DNA from: an uncultured Gammaproteobacteria bacterium
GTDB taxonomy: Bacteria > Pseudomonadota > Gammaproteobacteria > CAWCPV01
Direction of reading: 5' to 3'
DNA length: 64,000 nt
NCBI GenBank assembly: GCA_963797555.1
Contig: CAWCPV010000010.1
Span: 1-64,000, forward strand
Shown: positions 32,499-45,486 of the stretch, piece by piece
Layout of the letters: every line of letters starts with the position of its first letter
Numbering within the stretch: position 1 is the first letter of the stretch
Notes under the pieces: generated by a model
The model's database searches: none
The model's input: only the letters and a program-made list of their open reading frames with translations
Told to the model about the DNA's origin: nothing
Program-made: the position numbers and the translations under genes

Positions 32499-33902
32499 CT
32501 ACAGTTGTCTTACGTCCACGAAACGGCCAGCGATGGCAGCCGCAGCGGCCATCGGCGGGCTGACCAGGTGTGTGCGTCCGCCCTGACCTTGGCGACCTTC
32601 GAAGTTGCGGTTGGACGTGGATGCGCACCGCTCCCCCGGGGCCAGGCGGTCTGCATTCATCGCCAGACACATGGAGCAGCCCGGCTCGCGCCACTCGAAC
32701 CCGGCCCGCAGGAACACCTCGTCCAGCCCCTCCGCCTCCGCCTGCCGTTTGACCAGGCCCGAGCCAGGCACCACCATGGCGAGCCGAACATTCGAGGCCA
32801 CCTTGCGCCCGCGCACGACCTCGGCGGCAGCGCGCAAGTCCTCGATGCGAGCGTTGGTGCAGGATCCGATGAATATCTTGTCGAGGACGATATCCGTCAC
32901 GGCCGTGCCCGGCTCCAAGCCCATGTACGCCAGCGCCCTCTCCATGCTCGCTCGGCGCACTGGATCGACTTCCTGGGCGGGGATCGGGATGCGCCCGTCC
33001 ACCGACACCACCAACTCCGGCGACGTTCCCCAGGTAACCTGCGGCTGGACATCGGCGGCATCCAGACGCACCACCTTATCGAAGCGGGCGCCCGGGTCAC
33101 TGTGCAGGTCCTGCCAGGCCCGGACGGCGGCATCCCAGAGGGCTCCCCTCGGGGCATAGGGCTTACCCTTCAGATACTCCAAAGTCTTATCGTCCGCGGC
33201 CATCATCCCTGCCCGCGCCCCTGCCTCAATGGCCATGTTGCAGACCGTCATGCGGCCCTCCGGGGAGAGCGACTGAATCGCACGCCCGGCGAATTCGATG
33301 GCGTAACCGATACCGCCGGCAGTGCCGACATATCCGATGATGAACAGAACCAAGTCCTTCGCAGTCACCCCGGGCGCCAGGACGCCGTCCACCTGTACCA
33401 GCATGTTCCTGGATTTTCTCAACAACAGGCATTGGGTGGCGAGCACGTGCTCCACCTCGGAAGTCCCGATGCCGAACGCAAGAGCGGCGAATGCACCATG
33501 GGTGGAGGTATGCGAATCGCCGCATACGATAGTCACACCGGGGAGCGTGAATCCTAGCTCGGGCCCGATGACGTGTACGATGCCCTGACGCGGGTCGAGC
33601 ATGTCGAACTCTGTGACACCGAAGTCCGCGCAGTTCTGGTCCAGTGTCTCCACCTGAATCCGCGAGACGGGGTCTGCGATCCCGGCACTACGGTCGGTGG
33701 TGGGCACATTGTGGTCCGGCACTGCCAGGTTGGCGTCCCGCCGCCACGGCTGTCGGCCTGCCAGGCGCAGCCCCTCGAAGGCCTGGGGCGAAGTCACTTC
33801 GTGCAACAACTGGCGGTCGATGTAGAGCAGCGTCATACCGTCTGGAGACACGCGCACCACGTGCGCGTCCCAAAGCTTGTCGTAAAGGGTCCTCGGAGCC
33901 AT
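32499..33902 (-). CDS. leuC: Isopropylmalate dehydratase large subunit
   Basis: [37 protein letters not shown]. Confidence 0.98.
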   Translation of the reverse strand: MAPRTLYDKLWDAHVVRVSPDGMTLLYIDRQLLHEVTSPQAFEGLRLAGRQPWRRDANLAVPDHNVPTTDRSAGIADPVSRIQVETLDQNCADFGVTEFDMLDPRQGIVHVIGPELGFTLPGVTIVCGDSHTSTHGAFAALAFGIGTSEVEHVLATQCLLLRKSRNMLVQVDGVLAPGVTAKDLVLFIIGYVGTAGGIGYAIEFAGRAIQSLSPEGRMTVCNMAIEAGARAGMMAADDKTLEYLKGKPYAPRGALWDAAVRAWQDLHSDPGARFDKVVRLDAADVQPQVTWGTSPELVVSVDGRIPIPAQEVDPVRRASMERALAYMGLEPGTAVTDIVLDKIFIGSCTNARIEDLRAAAEVVRGRKVASNVRLAMVVPGSGLVKRQAEAEGLDEVFLRAGFEWREPGCSMCLAMNADRLAPGERCASTSNRNFEGRQGQGGRTHLVSPPMAAAAAIAGRFVDVRQL

Positions 33903-34187
33903 GGTCGGTCAGCGGGCGTAAATGATTATTGTAGAAGAACGCTGGCCCGCGGGGAAACAGCGCCGAGCACAGGCGGGACCTGAGGCGGACAGGGAGTGGC
34001 CGCATCATTCAGGTGCTCGCGGACGGATTGCGCGAGAGCGTTCACGGAGGGTATAAACGGACGGTCGAGGCACGAGCCAGTCTGCGTCTCGGCCCGTGTC
34101 GCACCCGGCGTCGGCGGCACTGCAGCGGGATGTGGTGCGTGCGCCCGCCAAGTGCCGCTCGTGGCGCCATTTCTATGGAGAATGCCC

Positions 34188-34400
34188 ATGTCCCGCCTCA
34201 GCCGCTTCTTGCCCGCGCTGCTCACCCTGTACCTTGGAGCTTGCTCCGGTCCTCCCCAGCAGAGCGCTGCCCCGGCCGGGGCCCAAGATCATGTCTGGAA
34301 GGACCAAACCGGGGCCATCGAGAAGGCCAAGGGAGTCGAGCGTACGCTCCAGGACGCGGCCGCGCAACGGGACAAGGCACTGGAACAGGAAAGCCGCTGA
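34188..34400 (+). CDS. Small lipoprotein
   Basis: GGAG RBS; lipobox LGAC; HVWKDQTGAIEKAKGVE. Confidence 0.75.
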   Translation: MSRLSRFLPALLTLYLGACSGPPQQSAAPAGAQDHVWKDQTGAIEKAKGVERTLQDAAAQRDKALEQESR

Positions 34401-34564
34401 GATCTCGTGAACAAATCTGCCGCGCGTGCGGACCGCGGCGTTGTGCGGTGTTCATGGCGTACCTCCCTGTACGCCACCCCTTCGGGGCGTCCCGCCGACG
34501 TGCCGAATGGCTGTCCGCCATTCGGTCGCTCCCCGCCCGTCTATCGGATTCTGTTCACAAGCTC
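34401..34564. mobile_element. 164-bp MITE-like element
   Basis: Imperfect TIRs GATCTCGTGAACA-AATC / GAGCTTGTGAACAGAATC (reverse complement); TGA on both flanks; internal 8- and 9-bp perfect hairpins. Confidence 0.65.
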
Positions 34565-34618
34565 TGAGTCCTGCGCTCGGGCTCGTATGATAGGTAACAT
34601 CGTGGACTAGGCAGCGTC

Positions 34619-35951
34619 ATGGACACCCACCTCCGGGAACCTATCTCTGAGCCTGCGGACCCTGCTCCGCATCGGCTGTCGCCAACTGCGATGCGGGACT
34701 TCGGCGCGCGATACCGGGCGACGCGCCGCGTCACAGAGCGCCTCTGCGAGCCCCTGTCTGCCGAGGACTGCACGGTCCAGTCCATGCGAGACGCGAGCCC
34801 AGCGAAGTGGCACTTGGCGCACACCACTTGGTTCTTCGAGACCTTCGTCCTCGACAACGGAGTGAAAGGTTATCGGACCTTCGCTCCCCACTTCCGCGTG
34901 CTCTTCAACTCCTACTACCACACGGTGGGCAGACGACATCCTCGGCCGGAGCGCGGGATGCTGACGCGGCCGGGGCTGGAGGGGGTCCTCGCCTACCGCA
35001 GGCACGTGGATCAGCATATGCTGGCGTTGCTGGAGCAAGCGCACATCCCACAGGCGCTGGCAGAGGCTCGCGGAGCTGGGTCTGCAGCACGAGCAGCAGC
35101 ACCAGGAGCTCATCCTGACCGACATCAAGCACCTGCTGTACTGTAATCCACTGCGCCCGGCCTACGCCACCCGTGCGGTTTCGCCCGAAGGCTCGGCCGA
35201 CTCTTTTCGCTGGAGAGTTTACGGCGAGGGCCTGGCGTGGATCGGCGACAAAGGCGTGGGGTTCGCCTTCGACAATGAGCGACCGCGGCACCGGGTGTTC
35301 TTGGAGGCGTTCGAGCTGACATCGCGCCCGGTCACCAATGCCGAGTTTGCAGCGTTCATTGAAGACGGAGGCTACCATCGCCCCGAGCTATGGCTGTCGG
35401 ACGGGTGGGATGCTGTCCGGACCCAGAACTGGGCCGGACCTCTTTACTGGGAGAGGCATGATGAGCTGTGGTACCAGTACACTCTCGGCGGGTTGGGGCC
35501 CTTGCGGCACCACGAGCCCGTATGCCACGTGAGCTATTACGAGGCCGATGCCTTCGCCCGATGGGCGGGCGCGCGCCTCCCCACGGAAGCGGAGTGGGAG
35601 CTGGCCGCCGCAGCGGTGCCCATGGAAGGCAACTTCCAGGAGAGCGGATGGCTTCAGCCCGTCCCGGCCTGCGCCGCGGAGACCGGCACACCACTGCAGC
35701 AACTGTTTGGGGATGTCTGGGAATGGACCCAGAGTGCCTACCATCCCTATCCCGGCTATCACGCCCCGGTCGGCGCACTCGGGGAATACAACGGCAAGTT
35801 CATGTGTAACCAGATGGTGCTGCGGGGAGGCTCCTGCGTCACCCCCAGTTCCCATATTCGATGCACCTACCGCAACTTCCTGTACCCCGACGCCCGCTGG
35901 CAGTTCAGCGGCATCCGGCTTGCCCGCGACCCCGCCGGAGATCGCTCATGA
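34619..35951 (+). CDS. egtB: Ergothioneine sulfoxide synthase, +1 frameshift near 35065
   Basis: [27 protein letters not shown] iron ligands, FGE-sulfatase domain, [17 protein letters not shown]. Confidence 0.93.
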
Positions 35952-36087
35952 GCTGACATTGCCCCCAGTGGGCCCGCTCGGGGCGAGCGAGGGATTTTGG
36001 AGGCTGTCCTCCCGACTGCAGGGAACAAGGCGCAAGACGGGCTTGCCATAAATGGCATTCACCCACCAGACTGAGGAGGAATGACGC

Positions 36088-36606
36088 ATGCGTGCGCTGC
36101 CAATGATCGTACTCACTCTGCTTGCCAGCGCTGTCGCTGGCGCGGATTCCGTCTCCGTCGACATGCACCTCATCACCAACAACGGAATCGGCGAGTCCGT
36201 CGGAACCCTGCGCGCGGAGGACAGTCCGTACGGACTGCTGCTCAGTCCGAAGCTCGCCGGCTTGCCAGCCGGGCTGCACGGGTTTCACGTCCATGAAAAG
36301 CCCGACTGTAGCGTCACCGAAAAAGACGGCAAGAGGGTGGCTGGGCTCGCCGCCGGCGGACACTATGACCCCGCCGGGACCGGGAAACACGAAGGCCCCT
36401 ACGGCGCGGGCCACCTGGGAGATCTGCCCGCGCTGTTTGTGGAGAGCGACGGGAAGGGTTATACACCACTCTTGGCACCGCGGCTGAAGGTCTCTGGCAT
36501 CAAGGGCCACTCGCTCATGGTCCACGCCGGTGGAGACAACTACTCCGACGAGCCAAAGAAGCTGGGCGGCGGTGGCGCCCGCATCGCCTGCGGCGTGGTG
36601 CCCTAA
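36088..36606 (+). CDS. sodC: Periplasmic Cu/Zn superoxide dismutase
   Basis: HGFHVH, GGHYDP, GHLGDLP, GGARIACG. Confidence 0.97.
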   Translation: MRALPMIVLTLLASAVAGADSVSVDMHLITNNGIGESVGTLRAEDSPYGLLLSPKLAGLPAGLHGFHVHEKPDCSVTEKDGKRVAGLAAGGHYDPAGTGKHEGPYGAGHLGDLPALFVESDGKGYTPLLAPRLKVSGIKGHSLMVHAGGDNYSDEPKKLGGGGARIACGVVP

Positions 36607-36637
36607 CGTCCAAGCCGCGAGGACACTTGGCCCGCGG

Positions 36638-37036
36638 ATGGAGCAGGCACGCCGCATCCCGGCTTGGTGGGTATCCGTAGCAGCTCTGAACGGGCTGCTC
36701 GCGGTCGCCGCCGGTGCCTTCGCCGCACACGCCCTAAAGCATTCCCCCGACCCACAGGCGGCCACGTGGGTCGAGACGGCTGCCACGTATCAGATGTGGC
36801 ATGCCCTCGCCCTGTTAGGGGTTACCGCAGTGCGGGACCGCGGGCCAGGAAACAGATGGGTACAAATCAGCGCTTGGCTGTTCGTGACCGGAATCTTGCT
36901 CTTTTCTGGCAGCCTCTATGTTCTGGCCCTAAGCCACGCCAGATGGGTGGCGTGGATTACCCCGTTCGGAGGAACGGCGTTACTGCTGGGTTGGCTCGCC
37001 CTCGTCGTACACGGCTTGCGCAGGGCTGGACCTTAG
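36638..37036 (+). CDS. DUF423 (YgdD/TMEM256) membrane protein
   Basis: [28 protein letters not shown]. Confidence 0.9.
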   Translation: MEQARRIPAWWVSVAALNGLLAVAAGAFAAHALKHSPDPQAATWVETAATYQMWHALALLGVTAVRDRGPGNRWVQISAWLFVTGILLFSGSLYVLALSHARWVAWITPFGGTALLLGWLALVVHGLRRAGP

Positions 37037-37638
37037 CTGCGCTCGTCCGGCTCGCCCCGCTGTCGCCACAGCCGCACCGGTGCAAAGCTGAGGCGATGAA
37101 TGGGTGAAGGGCCGAGGCGCTGGAGTGCCTTCAGGTGCTCCGGCGTACCGTAGCCCTTGTGCCGCGCAAAGCCATACCCTGGGTAGCGCTGGTCTAGCGC
37201 CTCCATCTCTCGGTCACGCGTAACTTTCGCCAGAATGGAGGCGGCGCTAATCGCAGGCACCGACGCGTCCCCGCCTACCACGGCTTCGACTGGGCAGCCG
37301 ATGGCTGGGCAGTGGAGTCCGTCCACCAACACTCGGTCCGGTAAGCAGCCGAGCGCGACGCAGGCGCGTTGCATGGCAAGCAGCGTAGCTTGCAAGATGT
37401 TGAGCGCGTCGATCTCCTCGACTTCGGCACGCCCGACCCCCCATGCCCGAGCCCGCCGGCGGATTTGGACGGCCAACAGCTCTCGCTGGCGTACGGCGAG
37501 CTGCTTGGAGTCGGCTAGGCCCGCAATCGGGGAACCGGCGTCCAAGACCACCGCCGCCGCCAGAACGGGACCGGCCAGGGGACCCCGCCCTGCCTCGTCC
37601 ACCCCGGCCAGTACGGGCGTGTCCCTCTGCCGCCTCAC
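37033..37638 (-). CDS. rnhB: Ribonuclease HII
   Basis: [26 protein letters not shown]. Confidence 0.96.
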   Translation of the reverse strand: MRRQRDTPVLAGVDEAGRGPLAGPVLAAAVVLDAGSPIAGLADSKQLAVRQRELLAVQIRRRARAWGVGRAEVEEIDALNILQATLLAMQRACVALGCLPDRVLVDGLHCPAIGCPVEAVVGGDASVPAISAASILAKVTRDREMEALDQRYPGYGFARHKGYGTPEHLKALQRLGPSPIHRLSFAPVRLWRQRGEPDERS

Positions 37639-38033
37639 GGAACTTCGGGGACCTTCGGTTGGTGAAGTACTTCGATGAACTCCAAGGCGTTGCCGTCCGG
37701 ATCCCGGCAGAATAGCGCCCGTCGCCCCGAACGACCGAGGGTGACGGGAATGCCGGCCCGGGACAGGCTCTCGCGGAGCGAGTCAAGGTTCGAGACCGCC
37801 AAGGCGATATGCCGGTCGCGCCCACCGTGGTCGGGCCGCCCGGTCACGGGGTCTGGGTTCGGAAGCTCCAGAAGGTGGATCTGCTGCGCTCCGACGCGCA
37901 GCCAAGCTCCCGGATAACCGAGATCGGGACGGCTGTCGTCCTGATCGAGCGCCAGGAGCCCCACGTAAAAGTTCAGCGCCCGCCGAGTGTCCTGAACGAC
38001 GACACTGACGTGGTGGATACCTCGGTACTGCAA
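37635..38033 (-). CDS. VOC/glyoxalase family protein
   Basis: [23 protein letters not shown]. Confidence 0.9.
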   Translation of the reverse strand: MQYRGIHHVSVVVQDTRRALNFYVGLLALDQDDSRPDLGYPGAWLRVGAQQIHLLELPNPDPVTGRPDHGGRDRHIALAVSNLDSLRESLSRAGIPVTLGRSGRRALFCRDPDGNALEFIEVLHQPKVPEVP

Positions 38034-38117
38034 GGCTTCTCCAGATTGGCGGTAGGGTACCTATCCCCTATACTACCGACCGACTAGCCTAGCGGCGTCG
38101 CCCGGCGAACTCAACCG

Positions 38118-39314
38118 ATGAACCCCAATCTCTTGCGCTTGCAGCCCTATCCGTTCGAAAAGCTTGCGAGCCTGACCGCGGGTATCACGCCCCCCTCCGA
38201 TAAGTCGCCCATCGCCTTGTCTCTGGGCGAGCCCACACACCCAGCGCCCAGCTTCCTGGTCGAGGAGATCATAACTCATCTGCACGGCGTTTCCACCTAT
38301 CCCACCACTCGGGGGACGCCCGCCCTGCGCCGCACGATCAGCCAGTGGCTGGTGCGGCGTTTCGGGCTGAAACCGGACAGCGTGGACGCGGAACGGCACG
38401 TGCTGCCGGTGAATGGGACGCGCGAGGCCCTGTTCGCCTTCGCCCAGTGCATGGTTGATCCGCGCACCGGGCCTGTGGTCATGATGCCGAACCCCTTCTA
38501 TCAGATCTACGAAGGGGCCGCTTTGTTGGCGGGAGCAGAGCCCTACTACGTCAACTGCACGGCGGGAACGGACTTCCTTCCCGATTTCGATGCCGTGCCG
38601 CAGCGGGTATGGAAGCAGTGCCAACTCCTTTACCTGTGCTCGCCGGGCAACCCGACGGGCGCAGTACTGGACATCGCCGCACTGCAGGGTCTCATCGAGA
38701 TCGCAGAGGAACATGAATTCATCATCGCGGCGGATGAGTGTTATTCGGAGATTTATCGGGATGAGGCGCATCCACCCCCGGGCTTGCTGGCCGCCGCAGC
38801 CGCTATGGGCAACGAGGATTTCCGGCGCTGCGTCGCGTTCCACAGCCTGTCCAAGCGCTCCAGCGTGCCGGGCCTGCGCTCGGGCTTCGTGGCCGGAGAC
38901 GCGGCACTCATAGCCCAGTTCCTACGCTACCGTACTTACCACGGTTGCGCCATGCCGCTGCACACCCAGGCAGCGAGCGTCGCCGCCTGGGCCGACGAGC
39001 GGCACGTCGCCGTGAACCGCCGCGCTTACCAGGAGAAATTCGCGGCCGCGATGGGGATCCTCCGGCCGGTGCTGGAGGGGTATGTCCCTGCGGGAGCCTT
39101 CTACTTGTGGCCCGAAACTCCCGTGGACGATCGCGAATTTACGCGCGCACTCTATGCGCGCGAGAACGTTACCGTACTGCCGGGCAGCTATCTCGCACGC
39201 ACCGCCCAGGACATCAACCCGGGCCGGCAACGGGTGCGCATCGCCCTGGTGGCGCCACTCGATGAGTGCGCCGAGGCCGCCTGGCGGCTGCGCAATTTCC
39301 TTGCCGCCCTGTAA
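38118..39314 (+). CDS. dapC: Succinyldiaminopimelate transaminase
   Basis: [28 protein letters not shown]; precedes dapD. Confidence 0.95.
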   Translation: MNPNLLRLQPYPFEKLASLTAGITPPSDKSPIALSLGEPTHPAPSFLVEEIITHLHGVSTYPTTRGTPALRRTISQWLVRRFGLKPDSVDAERHVLPVNGTREALFAFAQCMVDPRTGPVVMMPNPFYQIYEGAALLAGAEPYYVNCTAGTDFLPDFDAVPQRVWKQCQLLYLCSPGNPTGAVLDIAALQGLIEIAEEHEFIIAADECYSEIYRDEAHPPPGLLAAAAAMGNEDFRRCVAFHSLSKRSSVPGLRSGFVAGDAALIAQFLRYRTYHGCAMPLHTQAASVAAWADERHVAVNRRAYQEKFAAAMGILRPVLEGYVPAGAFYLWPETPVDDREFTRALYARENVTVLPGSYLARTAQDINPGRQRVRIALVAPLDECAEAAWRLRNFLAAL

Positions 39315-39328
39315 GAACGGAGAACCGC

Positions 39329-40150
39329 ATGGAGGACTTGCAAGAGATCATCGAGGAAGGGTTCGAGCGCCGTGGCGAGATCACACCGCGCACGGTGGAC
39401 ACTCTCGTGAAGGAAGCGGTGGACGAGGCTATCCACGCCTTGGACTCCGGACGCGAGCGGGTCGCGGTCAAACGGAACGGAGAATGGATAGTCAACGAGT
39501 GGCTCAAGAAGGCCGTTCTGCTCTCGTTCCGCATCGAGGACAACCGCTTCATGAAAGGCGGCTTCACCAACTACTTCGACAAGGTCTCGCCGAAGTACGC
39601 CGACTTCAACTCGCGGGACTTCCGGGACACCGGCGTCCGCGTGGTGCCGCCGGCCACAGTGCGCCGTGGCGCGTATATCGCGCCTGGGGTGGTGCTCATG
39701 CCCTCCTACGTCAACATAGGCGCATACGTGGACAGTGGAACCATGGTGGATACCTGGGCGACCGTCGGCTCCTGTGCTCAGATCGGCAAGAATGTCCACC
39801 TCTCGGGCGGCGTCGGCATTGGCGGAGTGCTCGAGCCGCTGCAGGCAAGCCCCACCATCATCGAGGACAACTGCTTCATCGGGGCGCGCTCGGAGATCGT
39901 CGAGGGCGTGATAGTGGGCGAGGGTGCGGTCATTTCGATGGGTGTCTACATCGGGAGCAGCACGCGAATCTACCATCGGGAGAGCGGCGACATCCTCTAC
40001 CGTCGCGTGCCGCCGGGGTCGGTCGTCGTCCCTGGCAATCTTCCTTCCAGCGACGGAAAATACAGCCTGTACTGCGCGGTGATCGTCAAGCAGGTCGATG
40101 ACAGGACGAGGAGCAAGGTGGGCATCAATGAGCTGCTGCGCGATATCTAG
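39329..40150 (+). CDS. dapD: Tetrahydrodipicolinate N-succinyltransferase
   Basis: [32 protein letters not shown]. Confidence 0.97.
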   Translation: MEDLQEIIEEGFERRGEITPRTVDTLVKEAVDEAIHALDSGRERVAVKRNGEWIVNEWLKKAVLLSFRIEDNRFMKGGFTNYFDKVSPKYADFNSRDFRDTGVRVVPPATVRRGAYIAPGVVLMPSYVNIGAYVDSGTMVDTWATVGSCAQIGKNVHLSGGVGIGGVLEPLQASPTIIEDNCFIGARSEIVEGVIVGEGAVISMGVYIGSSTRIYHRESGDILYRRVPPGSVVVPGNLPSSDGKYSLYCAVIVKQVDDRTRSKVGINELLRDI

Positions 40151-40207
40151 TCCGCGGCCTCCAAAGCCACAAGCCGCGGACACCGCAACGCCGGGCGCAC
40201 GGGGTAG

Positions 40208-42795
<2,588 letters not shown>

Positions 42796-42811
42796 CACCC
42801 GCTGACCGCCC

Positions 42812-42930
42812 ATGGCACATCGGACGGTGCGCACGGTGAGTGCCGAACAGCCGCCGCGGGACTACCGGCAGAAACAGCCATTGCTCGCGCGTGGGGCCAA
42901 CGCGGGCGTTCGGGACCCGGCGTCCTCACA
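42812..42930 (+). pseudogene. Vestige of RoxA/YcfD cupin N-terminus
   Basis: VSAEQPPRDYRQKQPLLARGA..RDP resembles FLRDYWQKKPLLIRGA; usual position after purB. Confidence 0.6.
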
Positions 42931-43021
42931 TACACATACATCTAAGCTTGTAGGGTCGGTTCGCTGTGCGTTACCCTGCAAGCTGCCGACCCCGGCGTTT
43001 CCGGCCCATGCCGGCAGATTG

Positions 43022-43552
43022 ATGAGGACGAGTGGAGCGGTGGAACAGTTAGAGCGGCGGATCCTAGGCGAGGACGCGGGACCGCTGATGCTCAAGTCGG
43101 GGCAGGACGGCGCGGCGGCGGCGCTGGCTTTGGTCTCGCAAGCGAAAAGAAGCATCCATATCCTCAGCTACGACCTAGATCCCCAGCTCTACGACAACGA
43201 ACCGTTCGTGGCTGCGCTGAAGGAGTTTTGCCTGCGCAGTGGTTACGCCGAGGCGAGGCTCCTGTTACGGGACGCGACCTACGCCATCAATCATGGTCAT
43301 CGCGTGATCGGTCTCAGCCGACGACTCACCAGTTGCATTCAGATTCGCAAGCCACTCGCAGAAACCCGAGAAGTGGAGGGGAGCTTCCTCGTGGCGGATG
43401 GGATCGCGGTCCTGTCTCGCAAGCTGGCGGCCGACCCCGCAGGCACGGTGGATTTCCGGACACTCGGCGAAGCGCGCCGACTGTTGGATCTCTTCGCCGA
43501 CCTCTGGGAGCGCAGCGCGCCTGACCCAGAGTTGCGCCGTTTGCACATCTAA
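43022..43552 (+). CDS. Conserved hypothetical protein, PLD-like fold suspected
   Basis: AKRSIHILSYDLDPQLYD..ARLLLRD..GHR..LSRRL..FADLWE. Confidence 0.7.
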   Translation: MRTSGAVEQLERRILGEDAGPLMLKSGQDGAAAALALVSQAKRSIHILSYDLDPQLYDNEPFVAALKEFCLRSGYAEARLLLRDATYAINHGHRVIGLSRRLTSCIQIRKPLAETREVEGSFLVADGIAVLSRKLAADPAGTVDFRTLGEARRLLDLFADLWERSAPDPELRRLHI

Positions 43553-43657
43553 CGACTACCGAATACCGGACGACTGCGGAGCGCTGGGCTCGATCCTCTG
43601 CGGGGCAAGCCCTCAACCGGCAGCCTCGGTCTGCCCGGTGTCCCCGCAGACCGGTGG

Positions 43658-45112
43658 CTATTCTCTCTGGCTCCTGCCATAGGCGTCATCAAAGCGTACG
43701 ATGTCATCCTCGCCCAGATAGCCCCCGGACTGCACCTCGATGATCTCCAAAGGCAGTCGGCCGGGATTCTCCAGGCGGTGGGCACTGCCAATGGGAATAT
43801 ACGTGGACTCATTCTCGGAAAGCAGGAAGACCTCGTTGCCCCGCGTCACCCGGGCCGTGCCCCGAACGACGATCCAGTGCTCAGCCCGATGATGATGCAT
43901 CTGCAGCGACAGTGACGCCCCGGGCTCCACCACGATGCGCTTGACCTGGAACCGATCCCCCTGATCCAGAGCCTCGTAGCAGCCCCACGGCCGATGAACG
44001 CGTCGGTGGGTTAGATACTCGGAACGCTGGTGTTTCTTCAGATGCTCGACGACCGCCTTGACCTCCTGAGCCTTCTCCCGATGGGCTACCAACACGGCGT
44101 CGGCGGTCTCCACCACGATCATATCCTGAACTCCCACCGTAGCGACTACTCGGTGACTGGCCATGACTAAGGTGTCGCGCGTCTCGTACGTGACAACGTC
44201 ACCCTTGACCGTATTACCGTCGGCGTCTTTGGGGCTCACCTCCCAGAGGCTAGACCACGCGCCCACGTCCGACCAGCCGGCGCGCAACGGCACAACGACC
44301 ACTTTGTCGGTCCGCTCGGGCAGTCGTTCCATCACCGCATAGTCCACCGATTCGGCCGGACAGGATCGGAACCTATCGGCGTCGACGCGGTAGAAGTCGC
44401 CGTCGCGCCTCCCACCAGCGACCGCCGCACGACACGCCAGGGAAATGGCGGGCCGCTCCTGCTCTATCGTCTCCAACCAGAGCGAGACCCGCATCATGAA
44501 GATCCCGCTGTTCCAAAGGTAGTCGCGGGAAGCTACGTAGGACTTGGCAAGCTCGCGGTCTGGCTTTTCTACGAAGGCCGCTAGCCGCCGCGGTAGTGGC
44601 GACGTGGCATGCCGCGGGCTCAGCTCGGGCCCAGTCCGTAGATACCCATAACCTGTTTCCGGCGTGGTGGGCTCGACCCCGAAGGTCACCCAATGGCCCT
44701 CCTGCGCCCACGCGAAGCCTTCCCTTACCGCTGCGAGAAATGCTGCTCGATCCCGGACGACATGGTCGGCAGGCATCACTATGGCAACCGCATCCTGGTC
44801 TGTCCTGACGCTCAGAAGGGCGGCCAGAGTCAGGGCGGGAGCGGTGTTCCGCCCCTCGGGCTCCAGAACGATGCTTGCTGGGCTGCAGCCAACGCGGCGC
44901 AATTGCTCCGCCACCAGGAAGCGGTGCTCTTCGTTGCACACGACAAGGGGCGGCGCGACCTCCTCCGCGAGACCTTCCAAGCGTCCGGCGGTCTCTTGCA
45001 GCATCGCCAGATCTCCCACCAAGGGGAGGAGTTGCTTCGGGTAGTGCTCCCTCGATAGCGGCCAGAGGCGGCTGCCGGAGCCGCCCGAGAGGATGACAGG
45101 TCGGATCACCAT
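43658..45112 (-). CDS. manC: Mannose-1-P guanylyltransferase/mannose-6-P isomerase
   Basis: PVILSGGSGSRLWPLSR, EPEGRNTAPA, WSDVGAW, SLQMHHHRAEHW. Confidence 0.96.
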   Translation of the reverse strand: MVIRPVILSGGSGSRLWPLSREHYPKQLLPLVGDLAMLQETAGRLEGLAEEVAPPLVVCNEEHRFLVAEQLRRVGCSPASIVLEPEGRNTAPALTLAALLSVRTDQDAVAIVMPADHVVRDRAAFLAAVREGFAWAQEGHWVTFGVEPTTPETGYGYLRTGPELSPRHATSPLPRRLAAFVEKPDRELAKSYVASRDYLWNSGIFMMRVSLWLETIEQERPAISLACRAAVAGGRRDGDFYRVDADRFRSCPAESVDYAVMERLPERTDKVVVVPLRAGWSDVGAWSSLWEVSPKDADGNTVKGDVVTYETRDTLVMASHRVVATVGVQDMIVVETADAVLVAHREKAQEVKAVVEHLKKHQRSEYLTHRRVHRPWGCYEALDQGDRFQVKRIVVEPGASLSLQMHHHRAEHWIVVRGTARVTRGNEVFLLSENESTYIPIGSAHRLENPGRLPLEIIEVQSGGYLGEDDIVRFDDAYGRSQRE

Positions 45113-45486
45113 GGATACGCTCTGGCGCATCCCTGGCAATTCCGGCCGGCCCCACCCACTGTACCGGTCGCACGCAGGATCAAGGTGTCGTGCCGCCAGC
45201 GGTCACGTGGCCGCGGTTCTCATCGAGGTGATGCTTTGGACTGGTCCCTGGAACATCGAGCAGCGGGCGACGGTTCGGCGAGCACCCGGATATGACCGGA
45301 CACACTTGTCGTGAACGCGGACATGTTTCTTCCCACACCTGTCTGCGTTTACCCCCTCTTCCCACACACAAGACCCCTCACCAGCGCCACCGCTCCCACC
45401 ACCACGGACGCCCCACTTGGAACGCGCCTCCGGCAGCCGTTCTTGATGCTGCGGGCAGAGGGGACGGCCGCGCCCAATGCGCGGGG

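Noticed and set aside
33903-34180. Possible LysR remnant divergent from leuC
   Set aside because: Resemblance to the HTH consensus is too weak to support
34619-35951. Selenoneine synthase SenA
   Set aside because: HEQQHQE and WFFE motifs are EgtB-type; no senB or selD nearby
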